Numbered from the stretch's first letter, positions 7,992 through 18,504 are shown. The stretch is DNA of 64,000 nucleotides from a virus (IMGVR_UViG_3300028048_001412:109858-173857); one strand, 5' to 3'. Numbers and translations are program-made. Notes: generated from the letters alone by a model not told the origin.

Positions 7992-8885
7992 ATGGAAAAA
8001 TTTGAAGGAATAACAAAAGAACAATTATTAGAAGAATGTTTAAATTATCCATTTCCAGGTAATACTAAATGGGAATCTAATAATCCGATATGGGATTCAT
8101 TTGTTCCTCCAAATAAAAGTCCTAGAGAAGCATGGAAAGATAGAGAATGTTTAAAAAAAGCGATAGATAATTTATATTGGATATTAGATAAATCGATAAA
8201 AGAAAATAAATATGAAGATTTTGTAGAAAAACATAGAAAAGAATTTAAAAACTTTAAAAAAGGCGATAAATTAAGATTAATGCAATTAATACTTTTTAGA
8301 TTTACTGTAGTAAAAATAGCACCTAAAGTAACAGCATTAAAAGCAACTGATATGTTAAAGATAATAGATGAAAGTGAAATTGATTTATCATCTGGAGTAT
8401 ATTGTCCAATGGCCGGATTTGGAGGAATAGTAGAAGCAAGCAAAAGATGGTTTAAAGAAAGAAAATTAGATTATGAAGATAAAATAGAAAGTTATGATAT
8501 AAATAAATCATTTGTAGATTATTATCATTTCACGGGACAAAGAGATATATTTGAAAAAGTAATAAAAACCAATAAAATATGTATAGTATGTCCACCATTT
8601 GGAAAACAATTTGAACATTGGAAAGGAACTCCTGATAAAATGTCAGATATAACATTTCTAGAATGGTATAATATAATAAAAAAACAAATAAAAGCGAAAG
8701 ATTACATAATAATTGGTCCTGAAATAGATAAAACAGGGACAGGATCTAATAAAGGATTAGATTCTCAAGGTAAAAAAATTAATGGATTATTTTCCAAAAC
8801 AATAGGAATTCAAAGATGGACAGATGATTTAGTAAAAGACGCAATAAATAATCCTGAAAAATACAAAAAAATATTAAAAAATTAA
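7992..8885 (+). CDS. Hypothetical protein; weak resemblance to gamma-class N6-adenine methyltransferase motifs
   Basis: VYCPMAGFGG (FxGxG-like) then ~68 aa later IVCPPFG (xPPF). Cys in place of D/N/S is atypical. Confidence 0.25.
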   Translation: MEKFEGITKEQLLEECLNYPFPGNTKWESNNPIWDSFVPPNKSPREAWKDRECLKKAIDNLYWILDKSIKENKYEDFVEKHRKEFKNFKKGDKLRLMQLILFRFTVVKIAPKVTALKATDMLKIIDESEIDLSSGVYCPMAGFGGIVEASKRWFKERKLDYEDKIESYDINKSFVDYYHFTGQRDIFEKVIKTNKICIVCPPFGKQFEHWKGTPDKMSDITFLEWYNIIKKQIKAKDYIIIGPEIDKTGTGSNKGLDSQGKKINGLFSKTIGIQRWTDDLVKDAINNPEKYKKILKN

Positions 8886-8886
8886 G

Positions 8887-8899
8887 GTATAATATAAAT
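8887..8899 (+). promoter_or_regulatory. GTATAATATAAAT motif immediately abutting the polymerase ATG
   Basis: Motif ends at 8899 and the ATG is at 8900. Confidence 0.35.
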
Positions 8900-10753
8900 A
8901 TGAATGAATTTACATCTTTTCACAAATTAATAGAAGATAAGAAATTAGATGAAAACGTAGCAAAACAGTTAATATTTTATGATGCTGAAGTTTTTCAAAA
9001 TGATTGGATGTTCGTAATAATAAATCCTTATACAAAAGAAACTAAAGTAATAGCTAATAATAGGGATGAATTATTTAAATATTTTTTGTCTCATAAGGAA
9101 TTTATTTGGATAGGATATAATACAACTCATTATGACCAATATATATTAAAATGTATATTGATGAATCTTAATCCTAAAGAAATGAGTGATTTCTTAATTA
9201 AAGATGGAGAAATGGGATGGAACTTCTTCAGAAAGAAAAAAATATACACTGCTGATTTAGCTCAATGTGAATATAATAACTATGATTTATTCCAAATAAA
9301 TGATGGTGGATTAAAAAAACTAGAATCATTTATGGGAAATGACATAGAAGAAACAGATGTGGATTTTGATATAGATAGAAAATTAACAGAAGAAGAATTA
9401 AAACAAACTGAAAAGTATTGTATTCATGATGTAGAACAAACAATAGAAGTATTTGTAAAAAGAATAGATTCATTTAATGCAAGATTGAGTTTATTAAAAA
9501 TATTCAATCTTAATTATAGTTATATGAATAAATCTGATGCTCAATTAACTGCAACTATATTAGGAGCAAAAAGACCTGCAGGAAGAGGAGAAGATGAATT
9601 TAATATAACATTACTTCCAAATATTAAGTTAGATAAATATAAAGAAGTATTAGAATGGTATAAAAATCCAGAAAATAGAGATTATAAGAAATCTTTAAAT
9701 ATAGATGTAGCAGGGGTTCCTCATACATTTGCTTGGGGTGGATTACATGGAGCAATAAAGAAATTTCACGAAGATGGATACTTTGTAAATATGGACGTTA
9801 CTTCATATTATCCTTCTTTAATGATAGAATATAATTTATTATCTAGAAACGTAGATCAACCAAGTAAATTTAAAAATATTTATAATCAAAGAGTATTATT
9901 TAAGAAACAAAAAGATGTAAGAGAAAAACCATTAAAAATTCCGCTAAATGCAACTTATGGTGCTTGTAAAGATAAATTTAGTCAATTATATGACCCTCTT
10001 CAAGCTAATAACGTCTGTTGTAATGGGCAATTATTTTTATTGGATTTAATAGAAAAATTAGAACCATATTGCAAAATAATACAAAGTAATACCGATGGTA
10101 TTTTAATTCAAGTAGTTCCAGCAACTAAAGCTCAATGGGTTAAAATATATGAAGTTACTCAAGAATGGCAAAAAAGAACAAAAATGAATCTTGATTTTGA
10201 AAGATTTGTTTCTGTATATCAAAAAGACGTAAATAACTATATCATTGTAGGAGAAGATGGTAAATATAAATCAAAAGGCTCATATGTTAAAAAGCAAAAT
10301 GATTTAGATAACGATCTTCCAGTGGTAAATAAAGCAATGAAAGATTATATGATAAATAAAGTTCCAGTAGAGGATACTATAAATAATTGTGATAATTTAT
10401 TAGATTTTGCTAAAACGGTTAAAGTTACAAGTGCTTATTTATATGGAGAAAAAGGAACATTTGATGATAATGGAGTAGAACAATACGAAAAACAAACCAA
10501 TAAAACTTTTAGAATATTTGCATCTAAAAATCCTAAAGATGGTGGAATATATAAAGCAAAAATGAAAGATAAGAAAGATAAAGAAACTGGAAATATTACT
10601 AAAGAATTATCTCATGATAAATTTGCTAATACTCCAATAAAGTGCTTTTTTAGAAATGGAAATATTCAAGGTGAAAAATGTCCAGAAGATTTAGATAAAC
10701 AATGGTATATTGATTTAGCAAATGAAAGATTAAAACAATTTGGTGTAAAATAA
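8900..10753 (+). CDS. Compact family-B DNA polymerase with 3'-5' exonuclease motifs
   Basis: Exo I FYDAEVF, Exo II YNTTHYDQYIL, Exo III YCIHDVEQT. Motif A DVTSYYPSLM, motif B KIPLNATYGACKDKFS, motif C region IIQSNTDGILI (NTD instead of DTD). Confidence 0.6.
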   Translation: MNEFTSFHKLIEDKKLDENVAKQLIFYDAEVFQNDWMFVIINPYTKETKVIANNRDELFKYFLSHKEFIWIGYNTTHYDQYILKCILMNLNPKEMSDFLIKDGEMGWNFFRKKKIYTADLAQCEYNNYDLFQINDGGLKKLESFMGNDIEETDVDFDIDRKLTEEELKQTEKYCIHDVEQTIEVFVKRIDSFNARLSLLKIFNLNYSYMNKSDAQLTATILGAKRPAGRGEDEFNITLLPNIKLDKYKEVLEWYKNPENRDYKKSLNIDVAGVPHTFAWGGLHGAIKKFHEDGYFVNMDVTSYYPSLMIEYNLLSRNVDQPSKFKNIYNQRVLFKKQKDVREKPLKIPLNATYGACKDKFSQLYDPLQANNVCCNGQLFLLDLIEKLEPYCKIIQSNTDGILIQVVPATKAQWVKIYEVTQEWQKRTKMNLDFERFVSVYQKDVNNYIIVGEDGKYKSKGSYVKKQNDLDNDLPVVNKAMKDYMINKVPVEDTINNCDNLLDFAKTVKVTSAYLYGEKGTFDDNGVEQYEKQTNKTFRIFASKNPKDGGIYKAKMKDKKDKETGNITKELSHDKFANTPIKCFFRNGNIQGEKCPEDLDKQWYIDLANERLKQFGVK

Positions 10754-10766
10754 GAGGATAAATTAT

Positions 10767-10982
10767 ATGATTCAAAGAGATAATGGAAGTCCTGGAATAA
10801 CAAAAGAAGTAACATATTTAATTCAAGTTAAAAATTCTCATTCTATAGTTAATGAATTAGTAGAATTAAATAATGCATTAATGTCAGATGGATATTTATT
10901 AAAAGAATTACATACTAAAAGAGGAACTAATTTTAAAGAATATTTAGTTACTTTTAAATCATTTAAAGAAGGTTTGAAATAA
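10767..10982 (+). CDS. Hypothetical small protein
   Basis: 71-aa ORF with RBS. Confidence 0.35.
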   Translation: MIQRDNGSPGITKEVTYLIQVKNSHSIVNELVELNNALMSDGYLLKELHTKRGTNFKEYLVTFKSFKEGLK

Positions 10983-11495
10983 TTGAATATTATAGAAGAA
11001 AAAGTAGAAGATAAAGTAAAACAAACATTAAAAGATTTAGGATTAAGATTCTATGCTAAATCTGAATCAATTAATTCTGAAATAGATAAAGCTTTAAAAT
11101 TATTTCCTTCTAAATCCGGAGGAGATGGTGGAAATTATCCAGATATCAAGCTTTTAATAGATGATATTCCAGTAATGATAGAAATAAAAGGTGATACTGA
11201 TTTCATAAGAAAATGTAAATTTACTAATAATGGATTAGAATTAGATATGTCTAAATATGCAATTCAGAAATATGCTACAAATGGAGCAATTCATTATGGA
11301 TTAGCAATATTAACTCATACACATTATGATAAATGTATAGCAATAGGAATCGGAGGAAATATGTTTAATGATTTATTTCCTTGGTCATATTTAATAGAAA
11401 GAAGTAAACCTATAAAAATATTAGAAGATGTTACTAATAAACATGATTTATCTTATTTAAAAGATTTGAAAAATTATTTATTAAATATAAAATAA
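10983..11495 (+). CDS. Putative PD-(D/E)xK nuclease
   Basis: YPDIKLLIDDIPVMIEIKGD has a D...E-x-K arrangement. TTG start. Confidence 0.35.
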   Translation: MNIIEEKVEDKVKQTLKDLGLRFYAKSESINSEIDKALKLFPSKSGGDGGNYPDIKLLIDDIPVMIEIKGDTDFIRKCKFTNNGLELDMSKYAIQKYATNGAIHYGLAILTHTHYDKCIAIGIGGNMFNDLFPWSYLIERSKPIKILEDVTNKHDLSYLKDLKNYLLNIK

Positions 11496-11517
11496 ATGTA
11501 ATATAAGGAGATTTTAA

Positions 11518-13500
11518 ATGTCTAAAGAGTATGGTAATAATTCTGCTAGAAAACAAGACGATAGAGAAATTTGTAGAACAAGAATTCAAACTTACTTTGG
11601 TACCACTGAATTAGCAGGAGCGACTCACTCTATAGTTGAAATTTTATCAAACGCTATAGATGAAGAGAAAGTAAAAGATAAAAAAGGAAAAGTAAAACTT
11701 ACTATTCATAAAGATAATTCTGTTACTATTGAAGATGAAGGTAGAGGATTGCCTTTAGATTGGAATAATAATGAAAAATGTTATAATGCTGAATTGATGT
11801 TAGCCACTCTTCATGCTGGAGCCAAATTTGATGATAATAGAGATAATTTTAAAGATTCAGCAGGTATGAATGGAGTAGGTTTAACTGTTACTGCTTTATC
11901 TTCTGAATGGTGTAAAGTAGAATCAAGAAGAGATGGATATATTTATACTATAGAAATGAAAAAAGGATATTTTTCTAATGATAATAATGTAGAAAAATCT
12001 CTTAAAAAGATAAAAGATCCTAAAGGAAAACAACAAAAAACGGGAACTATTGTTTCTTGGAAATGTGATACTGATGAAGTTTATTTAGATGATAACTTTG
12101 ATTTAGAAGAAATTAAAGATTGGGTTGATATGCAAGCAAGATTAGCAGACGGAGTAGTAATAGAATTAACAGATGAAAGAAGTAATTTTAAACAAAGTTA
12201 TTGTTATAAAGACGGATTAAGAACATTTATGGAATCTCAAGTAAATGATCCTAAATCAATAGTAGAATTTGAATTTAAAGGTTCTGGTAAAGATTCTGCT
12301 AAACAAACAAAGAATTATGAAGTAAGAGGAAGAATATTATTTGCATTTACAGATGGAAAGAAAACTGATTCTATGTGGTATCATAATTCTCTTCCAATGA
12401 CTTTAGGTGGTTCTCCAAAAAATGCAGAACAAAATGCTTTCCTTAATTTCTTTTCTAAAAGATGTAAAGGAGCAAAAAAATTAGAATTTAGTGATATACA
12501 AGAAAATCTTTTATTCTATTCTAATACATTGACTCAAGTAGCTCCAGCATATAAAAATCAAACTAAAGATGCTTTAGGAATGCCTTTTATAGAGCAATGC
12601 ATGCAAGGACATCTAGAAAAAGAATTAGAAAAATGGGCAAAAGAAAATAAATTAGAATTAGAAAAAGTAGTAAAACAAATTGAAATAAATAACCAAGCGA
12701 GATTATCTTCAGCATCACAAAGACAATTAAATAAAGAAAAATTATCAGGTAAAATAAAATTATCAGATAAAATAGAAAAATTAACTGAATGTGAAAGCGA
12801 CGATGTAAATATAAATGAAGTTTTCTTTTGTGAGGGTGACAGCGCATCTTCAATTAAAGGAGCAAGAGATGCTAAATTTCAAGCTATATATGCATTGAGA
12901 GGAAAAGTATTAAATATTCAAAAAGCAAATATAAATGCATTATTAGAAAGACCAGTATTAATGGAACTTATAAAAGTAGTAGGAACTGGAATACATCTAG
13001 CTAATGGAAAAAACAAAATAGGTGAGTTTGATATAAATAATAGAAGATTTGGTAAATATATAATTGCTTCAGATGCAGATATTGATGGGGATCATATAGC
13101 TTGTCTATTATTAAATTTATTTTATTGGTTTATGCCTGATTTAATAAATGAAGGAATGGTATATAGATTAATATCACCTTTATTTGTTAATAAATTAAAA
13201 GATGGTTCCATTAAAGAAGCATATACTGATGTAGAACAGGATGAAATATTAAAAAAATACGGAAAAGATATAAAAGATACTGCAAGATATAAAGGTTTAG
13301 GTGAATGGAACGCTGAAGATTTTGAACCTTATATAGCACCTGAAACAAGAAGATTAACTAGATATACTATAAAAGATGCTAAAGATGCAGCTAAACAATT
13401 AGAATTATGGATGGGAAAAGATTCTGATGTAAGAAAAGAATATATTTCCAAACATGGTTCTGAATATAGTGATATAGATTTCAATGTAAGTGAGGAGTAA
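11518..13500 (+). CDS. Type II DNA topoisomerase ATPase/Toprim subunit (GyrB/ParE/T4 gp39-like)
   Basis: GHKL N-box EILSNAIDE, G-box SAGMNGVGLTV, Toprim FFCEGDSAS, IASDADIDGDHI. Confidence 0.85.
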   Translation: MSKEYGNNSARKQDDREICRTRIQTYFGTTELAGATHSIVEILSNAIDEEKVKDKKGKVKLTIHKDNSVTIEDEGRGLPLDWNNNEKCYNAELMLATLHAGAKFDDNRDNFKDSAGMNGVGLTVTALSSEWCKVESRRDGYIYTIEMKKGYFSNDNNVEKSLKKIKDPKGKQQKTGTIVSWKCDTDEVYLDDNFDLEEIKDWVDMQARLADGVVIELTDERSNFKQSYCYKDGLRTFMESQVNDPKSIVEFEFKGSGKDSAKQTKNYEVRGRILFAFTDGKKTDSMWYHNSLPMTLGGSPKNAEQNAFLNFFSKRCKGAKKLEFSDIQENLLFYSNTLTQVAPAYKNQTKDALGMPFIEQCMQGHLEKELEKWAKENKLELEKVVKQIEINNQARLSSASQRQLNKEKLSGKIKLSDKIEKLTECESDDVNINEVFFCEGDSASSIKGARDAKFQAIYALRGKVLNIQKANINALLERPVLMELIKVVGTGIHLANGKNKIGEFDINNRRFGKYIIASDADIDGDHIACLLLNLFYWFMPDLINEGMVYRLISPLFVNKLKDGSIKEAYTDVEQDEILKKYGKDIKDTARYKGLGEWNAEDFEPYIAPETRRLTRYTIKDAKDAAKQLELWMGKDSDVRKEYISKHGSEYSDIDFNVSEE

Positions 13501-13503
13501 TTT

Positions 13504-15657
13504 ATGCCTAAGAAAAATAATAAGAAAACTACTAAAAAATCATCTTCTAAAAAAGAAGTTAAAGAAACTAAATTAAATAAAGAGGTTAAAGAAAAAGAAG
13601 TAAAAGAAATAAAAAATACTTCTTCTAATTCTCATAATAATATTATTGATCAAGAAGTAGGACCAATGATTAATGATAATATGATGAGATATTCCATTTC
13701 TACCTTAACAGCAAGAGCTTTGCCAGACGTAATAGATGGATTTATTCCAGGTCAAAGATGTTTCATTTGGGGAGCAAAACAAGCTCATGCAGATGGAGAA
13801 AAAACTATTAAATCTGCAACAATAGTTGGAGAAGTAATGGGAAAATATCATCCTCACGGAGATAAAAGTATATATGGAACAGGATGTAGAATGGTAGATA
13901 GTGCTTTACATTTAAATGTTCCTTTTATGAGAGGAAAAGGTGGATTCGGAAAACATTATGATTCCAATAATAATCCAGCTGCTTCTAGATATACAGAAAT
14001 GGCCTTAAGTCAAATATCTAAAGATCTCATAAATGAATGTGTAAAATATCATCCAAATAATATGATAGATAATTTTGATGGAACTCATAAATTACCTAGA
14101 TATATAAGTGCTCCATTTCCAATGGTATTAGCAAATGCACAAGAAGGAATAGCTGTAGGATTCGCATGTAAATTCGGAAGTTTTAATGTAAATGAAATAT
14201 GTGAAGCTACTAAAATAGTAATAAAAAATTATAAAAAATCAGATAAAGAATTATTAAAAGAAATAAAAAAAGTAATGCCTACTATGGATTTCCCAACAGG
14301 AGGAGAAACTTGCATAGATGATGAACAAATAAATAATCTTTATTTAACAGGCGAAGGACAAATTACTTGTAGAGTAATATTTGAAAATATAAAAGAGAAA
14401 AGAGTATTAAAAATAAAAGAAGTTCCTTATTCTACTGATATTCAAGCAATAATGAAAGCAGTAATGAATATGGTAGATGCAGGAAAAATAACTGAAATAA
14501 GTAATATAAAGAATCTTGATGGTAAAACAGGATTTGATTTGTCTATCTATTATAAAACAGGAACAGATATAGAAGAATTAAAGAAAAAATTATATGCATT
14601 AACTCCTTGCCAATCTACTTTAAATGTAAAAATGTACGTAGTTAATCATAATGCTCCTATGATGATGGGCCCTATTTCTTGTATAAAAGCTTGGTTAGAA
14701 CATAGAAAACTTTGGGTGAAAGAATCATTAGAAGGGCAAATAAAAGAATTAAAAGATAAATTACATCTATTAGAAGCATTACAAGCTATTCTATTAGATA
14801 TTGATAAAGCAATTAAAATTATAAGACAATCTAAATCAGACGAAGAATCTTTAACGGGATTGATGAAATCATTTAAAATAGATAGGATTCAAGCAGAATA
14901 TGTATCAAATATTAAATTGATAAATTTAAATAAAGATTATATCTTAAACAGAACTAAAGATATAAATGATATAAAGAAAAATATAAAAGATTTAGAAAAT
15001 AGATTAAAAAATATTGATCAAGAAATAATAAATGATTTAGATGATGCTAAAAAGAAATATGGTCAAGAAAGAAGAACAAAAATAGTAGATAAATGGGAAG
15101 AACTTCCAATATTTGCTAAAAATTCAAAGCCAGAAGTAAAATTAGATGGAGAATCTACTTTATTCTGTAGTGCAGATGCTGTTAAGAGAGTTCCACCTGA
15201 TTCTGGAGCAAAAGCATTTAATGGTGCAACTAAATATGATAATGTTCCTAATAGTGGAGAATTATTGATATTTACTAATACTTCTAATGTATTTAAGATA
15301 GTAATAGGAACTATTCCAAATAATAATCAAATTAAATTGGGTGATATAAAGAAAATAAAGAAGAAAGTTCAAACTGGTATGCAAGCAACTTTAATGGCTC
15401 CTTTATTAGATAAACATAAAATAGTTATAATATTTGATAATGGAAAAGCAGTTAAAATTCCAACTGATGCTTGGAAAACAACAGGACCAAAAACCCTATT
15501 CCCAAAAGGAATAAATCCAAAAGCAAATATAGAATTTATAACTATGATTGATAAAGATAAAATTATAGATGTAAATGGTAAAAAGTTAGATACATCTAAA
15601 ATAAAAGAGGTTGGAAATAAAACCGGTCAAGGTGCTAAATTCAAATATGAAAAATAG
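13504..15657 (+). CDS. Type II DNA topoisomerase DNA-cleavage subunit (GyrA/ParC/T4 gp52-like)
   Basis: MRYSISTLTARALPDVIDGFIPGQR, HPHGD, and the active-site region SRYTEMAL. Confidence 0.85.
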   Translation: MPKKNNKKTTKKSSSKKEVKETKLNKEVKEKEVKEIKNTSSNSHNNIIDQEVGPMINDNMMRYSISTLTARALPDVIDGFIPGQRCFIWGAKQAHADGEKTIKSATIVGEVMGKYHPHGDKSIYGTGCRMVDSALHLNVPFMRGKGGFGKHYDSNNNPAASRYTEMALSQISKDLINECVKYHPNNMIDNFDGTHKLPRYISAPFPMVLANAQEGIAVGFACKFGSFNVNEICEATKIVIKNYKKSDKELLKEIKKVMPTMDFPTGGETCIDDEQINNLYLTGEGQITCRVIFENIKEKRVLKIKEVPYSTDIQAIMKAVMNMVDAGKITEISNIKNLDGKTGFDLSIYYKTGTDIEELKKKLYALTPCQSTLNVKMYVVNHNAPMMMGPISCIKAWLEHRKLWVKESLEGQIKELKDKLHLLEALQAILLDIDKAIKIIRQSKSDEESLTGLMKSFKIDRIQAEYVSNIKLINLNKDYILNRTKDINDIKKNIKDLENRLKNIDQEIINDLDDAKKKYGQERRTKIVDKWEELPIFAKNSKPEVKLDGESTLFCSADAVKRVPPDSGAKAFNGATKYDNVPNSGELLIFTNTSNVFKIVIGTIPNNNQIKLGDIKKIKKKVQTGMQATLMAPLLDKHKIVIIFDNGKAVKIPTDAWKTTGPKTLFPKGINPKANIEFITMIDKDKIIDVNGKKLDTSKIKEVGNKTGQGAKFKYEK

Positions 15658-15675
15658 GAGTAAATATTAAATAAT

Positions 15676-15906
15676 ATGCAAAGAATATATGGAACATATA
15701 AAAGAAATGATTCAAATGACATATTTACTTTTAATACTACTGTTAGAGATATGGAAGAAGGAAATGAAATCATAAATCGCTATAAATCTATGTATAAAAA
15801 TGTAGAAATAAGATATTATGATATCAATCCTTCTACTCTAAAAGGTTCAGATTATGCAGAAGAATGCTATAATTATTTTCTAAATAATAAGGAATTCAAA
15901 AATTAA
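15676..15906 (+). CDS. Hypothetical small protein
   Basis: 76-aa ORF. Confidence 0.35.
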   Translation: MQRIYGTYKRNDSNDIFTFNTTVRDMEEGNEIINRYKSMYKNVEIRYYDINPSTLKGSDYAEECYNYFLNNKEFKN

Positions 15907-16632
15907 ATGAGAAAAATAATATGTTTTATATTATGTTTAATAATAATTTCAAATAATAATTATAGTAGAGAAGTATTTCCAGTTGAAGGGACTATAGATT
16001 ATAGATTTGTTAGAATGATTTCTAATTTAAATCAAGAACATATAGAAAAATCAAAAAATTATTTTCTTTTAACAGATAAAATAGGAATTAGTGGAATATT
16101 GTTATATAAAGATCCTGTTAACCAAATAATTCCTGAAAAAATAGCATTATCAATAAATAGATTAACTAAAACTTTAACTATATGGGCTTATAATAAAGAA
16201 GAAGATAATTATAATATTCCTTATAAAACTATATTATGCAGTCCTAATCCCATAAGAACTCCTATAGGTGTATTTCATATAGAACAATTTATAAATGGAT
16301 TTCATAAAATGTTTGGAGAAGATAATTATTGTCAATATTGTATGAGATACAAAGATCATTTTTTAATACATAGTCCTTTATTTAGTAATAAAAATGATCA
16401 TAATTCATTAAAAACATATAGTTATAATGGTTTAGGAGTTAGAGAAAGTGGAGGATGCATTAGATTAAGTACAGGAGATGCTTATTGGATATTTAATAAT
16501 TTAGATGAAAATAGTCCAGTTTTAATATATGATTCCGATTATATTGGACCTTTATCAATAACTCCATTAGAATCTATACCTGAAGATCAAATATGGGATC
16601 CTACAGATCCTCATTGGTTATTAGAAAAATAA
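15907..16632 (+). CDS. Secreted L,D-transpeptidase (YkuD-like) domain protein
   Basis: N-terminal signal peptide MRKIICFILCLIIIS. Catalytic motif SGGCIRLSTGDAYWIF preceded by a His region. Confidence 0.5.
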   Translation: MRKIICFILCLIIISNNNYSREVFPVEGTIDYRFVRMISNLNQEHIEKSKNYFLLTDKIGISGILLYKDPVNQIIPEKIALSINRLTKTLTIWAYNKEEDNYNIPYKTILCSPNPIRTPIGVFHIEQFINGFHKMFGEDNYCQYCMRYKDHFLIHSPLFSNKNDHNSLKTYSYNGLGVRESGGCIRLSTGDAYWIFNNLDENSPVLIYDSDYIGPLSITPLESIPEDQIWDPTDPHWLLEK

Positions 16633-16702
16633 GATTGTTTCTTTCATAAGATATATAACATGGAGGGCATGTTTAAAAAATTACAAGGAGGAAAATACAA
16701 TA

Positions 16703-16966
16703 ATGTATGAAAAATATTCTGAAGAAAGAATTAATGTAGTACAAAGATATTGTTTATTAGGATATTCATTAGAAGAAACTATAGATAGAGTTGCTTTTAC
16801 AAAAGCTAATTATAAAAGCATTGAACCTTATACTGTAGATGAAATAGAAGAATATTATAATGATTTTTTTGAACACGTATATAATGATAAATTAGGGAAA
16901 ATATTTAAAGAATGTAAAAAAAGACATGATTTAATCAAAAAGAGCAAAGAAAATAAAAAGAAATAA
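16703..16966 (+). CDS. Hypothetical protein
   Basis: 87-aa ORF with a GGAGG RBS. Confidence 0.4.
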   Translation: MYEKYSEERINVVQRYCLLGYSLEETIDRVAFTKANYKSIEPYTVDEIEEYYNDFFEHVYNDKLGKIFKECKKRHDLIKKSKENKKK

Positions 16967-16967
16967 A

Positions 16968-16979
16968 GTATAATATAAT
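16968..16979 (+). promoter_or_regulatory. GTATAATATAAT motif
   Basis: Motif instance upstream of 17008. Confidence 0.4.
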
Positions 16980-17007
16980 TATAAATTATTTTTAAAGGAA
17001 ACAAATT

Positions 17008-17523
17008 ATGAAGGAAAATGTAAAAGTAATATTAAATAGGGTAAAAGAAGAAGGAATAGATTTAAATGAAGAAATTCATAATATTATAGGTGAATATGCT
17101 GATCCTTTTGACGCTAAAAATAAAGAAATAAGAGAATCTTCTTTAAAATCAAAAGGAGATTTAAGTATAGATGAATTATCTGCTTACGTAGTAGAATTAC
17201 AATCATATCTTTCCTATATAGCGGCAGGAATAGAAAAAATAGGAATAATGGTTGATAATTCTAAACTTATTTATACTGAACAATATAATAAAGCATTTGA
17301 TTCTATTGCTGGAACTGAAAAAATTAGAACTGCTTTTGCGGAAAATAATTCATTAGATGAACAATTAGTTAATTATATTTATACGAGAGCATATAAATCT
17401 TTACAAAACAGAATGACTATGGGATTAGAGAGTTTAAGCGACCTTAAAAAATCTTTATCTGTTAAATCAGAACAAGTAATTTTAGAGAAAAGAAGTATTA
17501 CATTAGCTTCTCAAATGCAGTAA
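17008..17523 (+). CDS. Hypothetical protein
   Basis: 171-aa ORF, AAAGGAAAC RBS. Confidence 0.45.
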   Translation: MKENVKVILNRVKEEGIDLNEEIHNIIGEYADPFDAKNKEIRESSLKSKGDLSIDELSAYVVELQSYLSYIAAGIEKIGIMVDNSKLIYTEQYNKAFDSIAGTEKIRTAFAENNSLDEQLVNYIYTRAYKSLQNRMTMGLESLSDLKKSLSVKSEQVILEKRSITLASQMQ

Positions 17524-17540
17524 AAGAAAAGGTTTAAATT

Positions 17541-18503
17541 GTGAATATTAATGATGAATATATATTATCTTTAGATATATTTGATACTAAAGGAAGACTT
17601 AAAGCAATATCATTTGAAAAAATACTTGAGAACAATTCTGAAATTAAAGAATATCTTAAAAATAGATATAATGATAAATTTGTAGATTATAAAACCGCTT
17701 TATGGAGAATTAGAAATAATATAGATGAATGGCCTAAATGTCCAACTTGTGGAAAATTATTAGATAATTTAGAACATAAACATTGTTCTCCAAGATGTGC
17801 TTCATTAGATCCGGAAGTGCAAAAGAAAAATGAAGAAACTAATTTAAAATTATATGGTGTTAGAAATGTATTTTGTTTAGAATCAGAACATAAAAAAGCA
17901 AAGAAAGAATGGGTAAAATCAATAGTTAAGAAATATGGTTCATTAAAGAATTTCTATAAAATACGTTCAGATTTAGGAAATAAAACGATTAAAGAAAAAA
18001 TAGAAGAAGATGAACATTTTTGGGATAAAAGAAATGAAAAGAAAAAAGAAACTATAGATTCTATATTAAAGAATGATCCTGATTGGTATAAAAGATTAAA
18101 AGAGAAAGAGATTGAAACTAAAAAGAAAAATAATTCTTTAAATGCTTCGAAAGAAGAAGATAGAATATATGAAAAATTATTAAATATATTTAACAAAGAT
18201 GATATTATAAGAGAATATTCTGAAAAAAGATATCCATTTCATTGCGACTTTTATATTAAATCAAAGGATTTATTCATTGAATGTAATTTTCATTGGACTC
18301 ATGGCTTTCATTGGTTTGATAAAAATAATAAATCTGATTTGGAAATAGTACAAAAATGGAAAGATAAAAATACTAAATTCTATGATATCGCAATAGAAGT
18401 TTGGACTAAGCGTGATATACTAAAACGAGATACTGCATTAAAAAATAAATTGAATTATTTGGTATTTTGGAACACAAAAGAATTTAAAAATTACAGTTTT
18501 TAA
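17541..18503 (+). CDS. Putative homing endonuclease (family A, short form with ~2 degenerate repeats); GTG start
   Basis: N-terminus NINDEYI. CPTCGKLLDNLEHKHCSPRC zinc finger. C-terminus RYPFHCDFYIKSKDLFIECNFHWTHGFHWF. Confidence 0.6.
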   Translation: MNINDEYILSLDIFDTKGRLKAISFEKILENNSEIKEYLKNRYNDKFVDYKTALWRIRNNIDEWPKCPTCGKLLDNLEHKHCSPRCASLDPEVQKKNEETNLKLYGVRNVFCLESEHKKAKKEWVKSIVKKYGSLKNFYKIRSDLGNKTIKEKIEEDEHFWDKRNEKKKETIDSILKNDPDWYKRLKEKEIETKKKNNSLNASKEEDRIYEKLLNIFNKDDIIREYSEKRYPFHCDFYIKSKDLFIECNFHWTHGFHWFDKNNKSDLEIVQKWKDKNTKFYDIAIEVWTKRDILKRDTALKNKLNYLVFWNTKEFKNYSF

Positions 18504-18504
18504 G

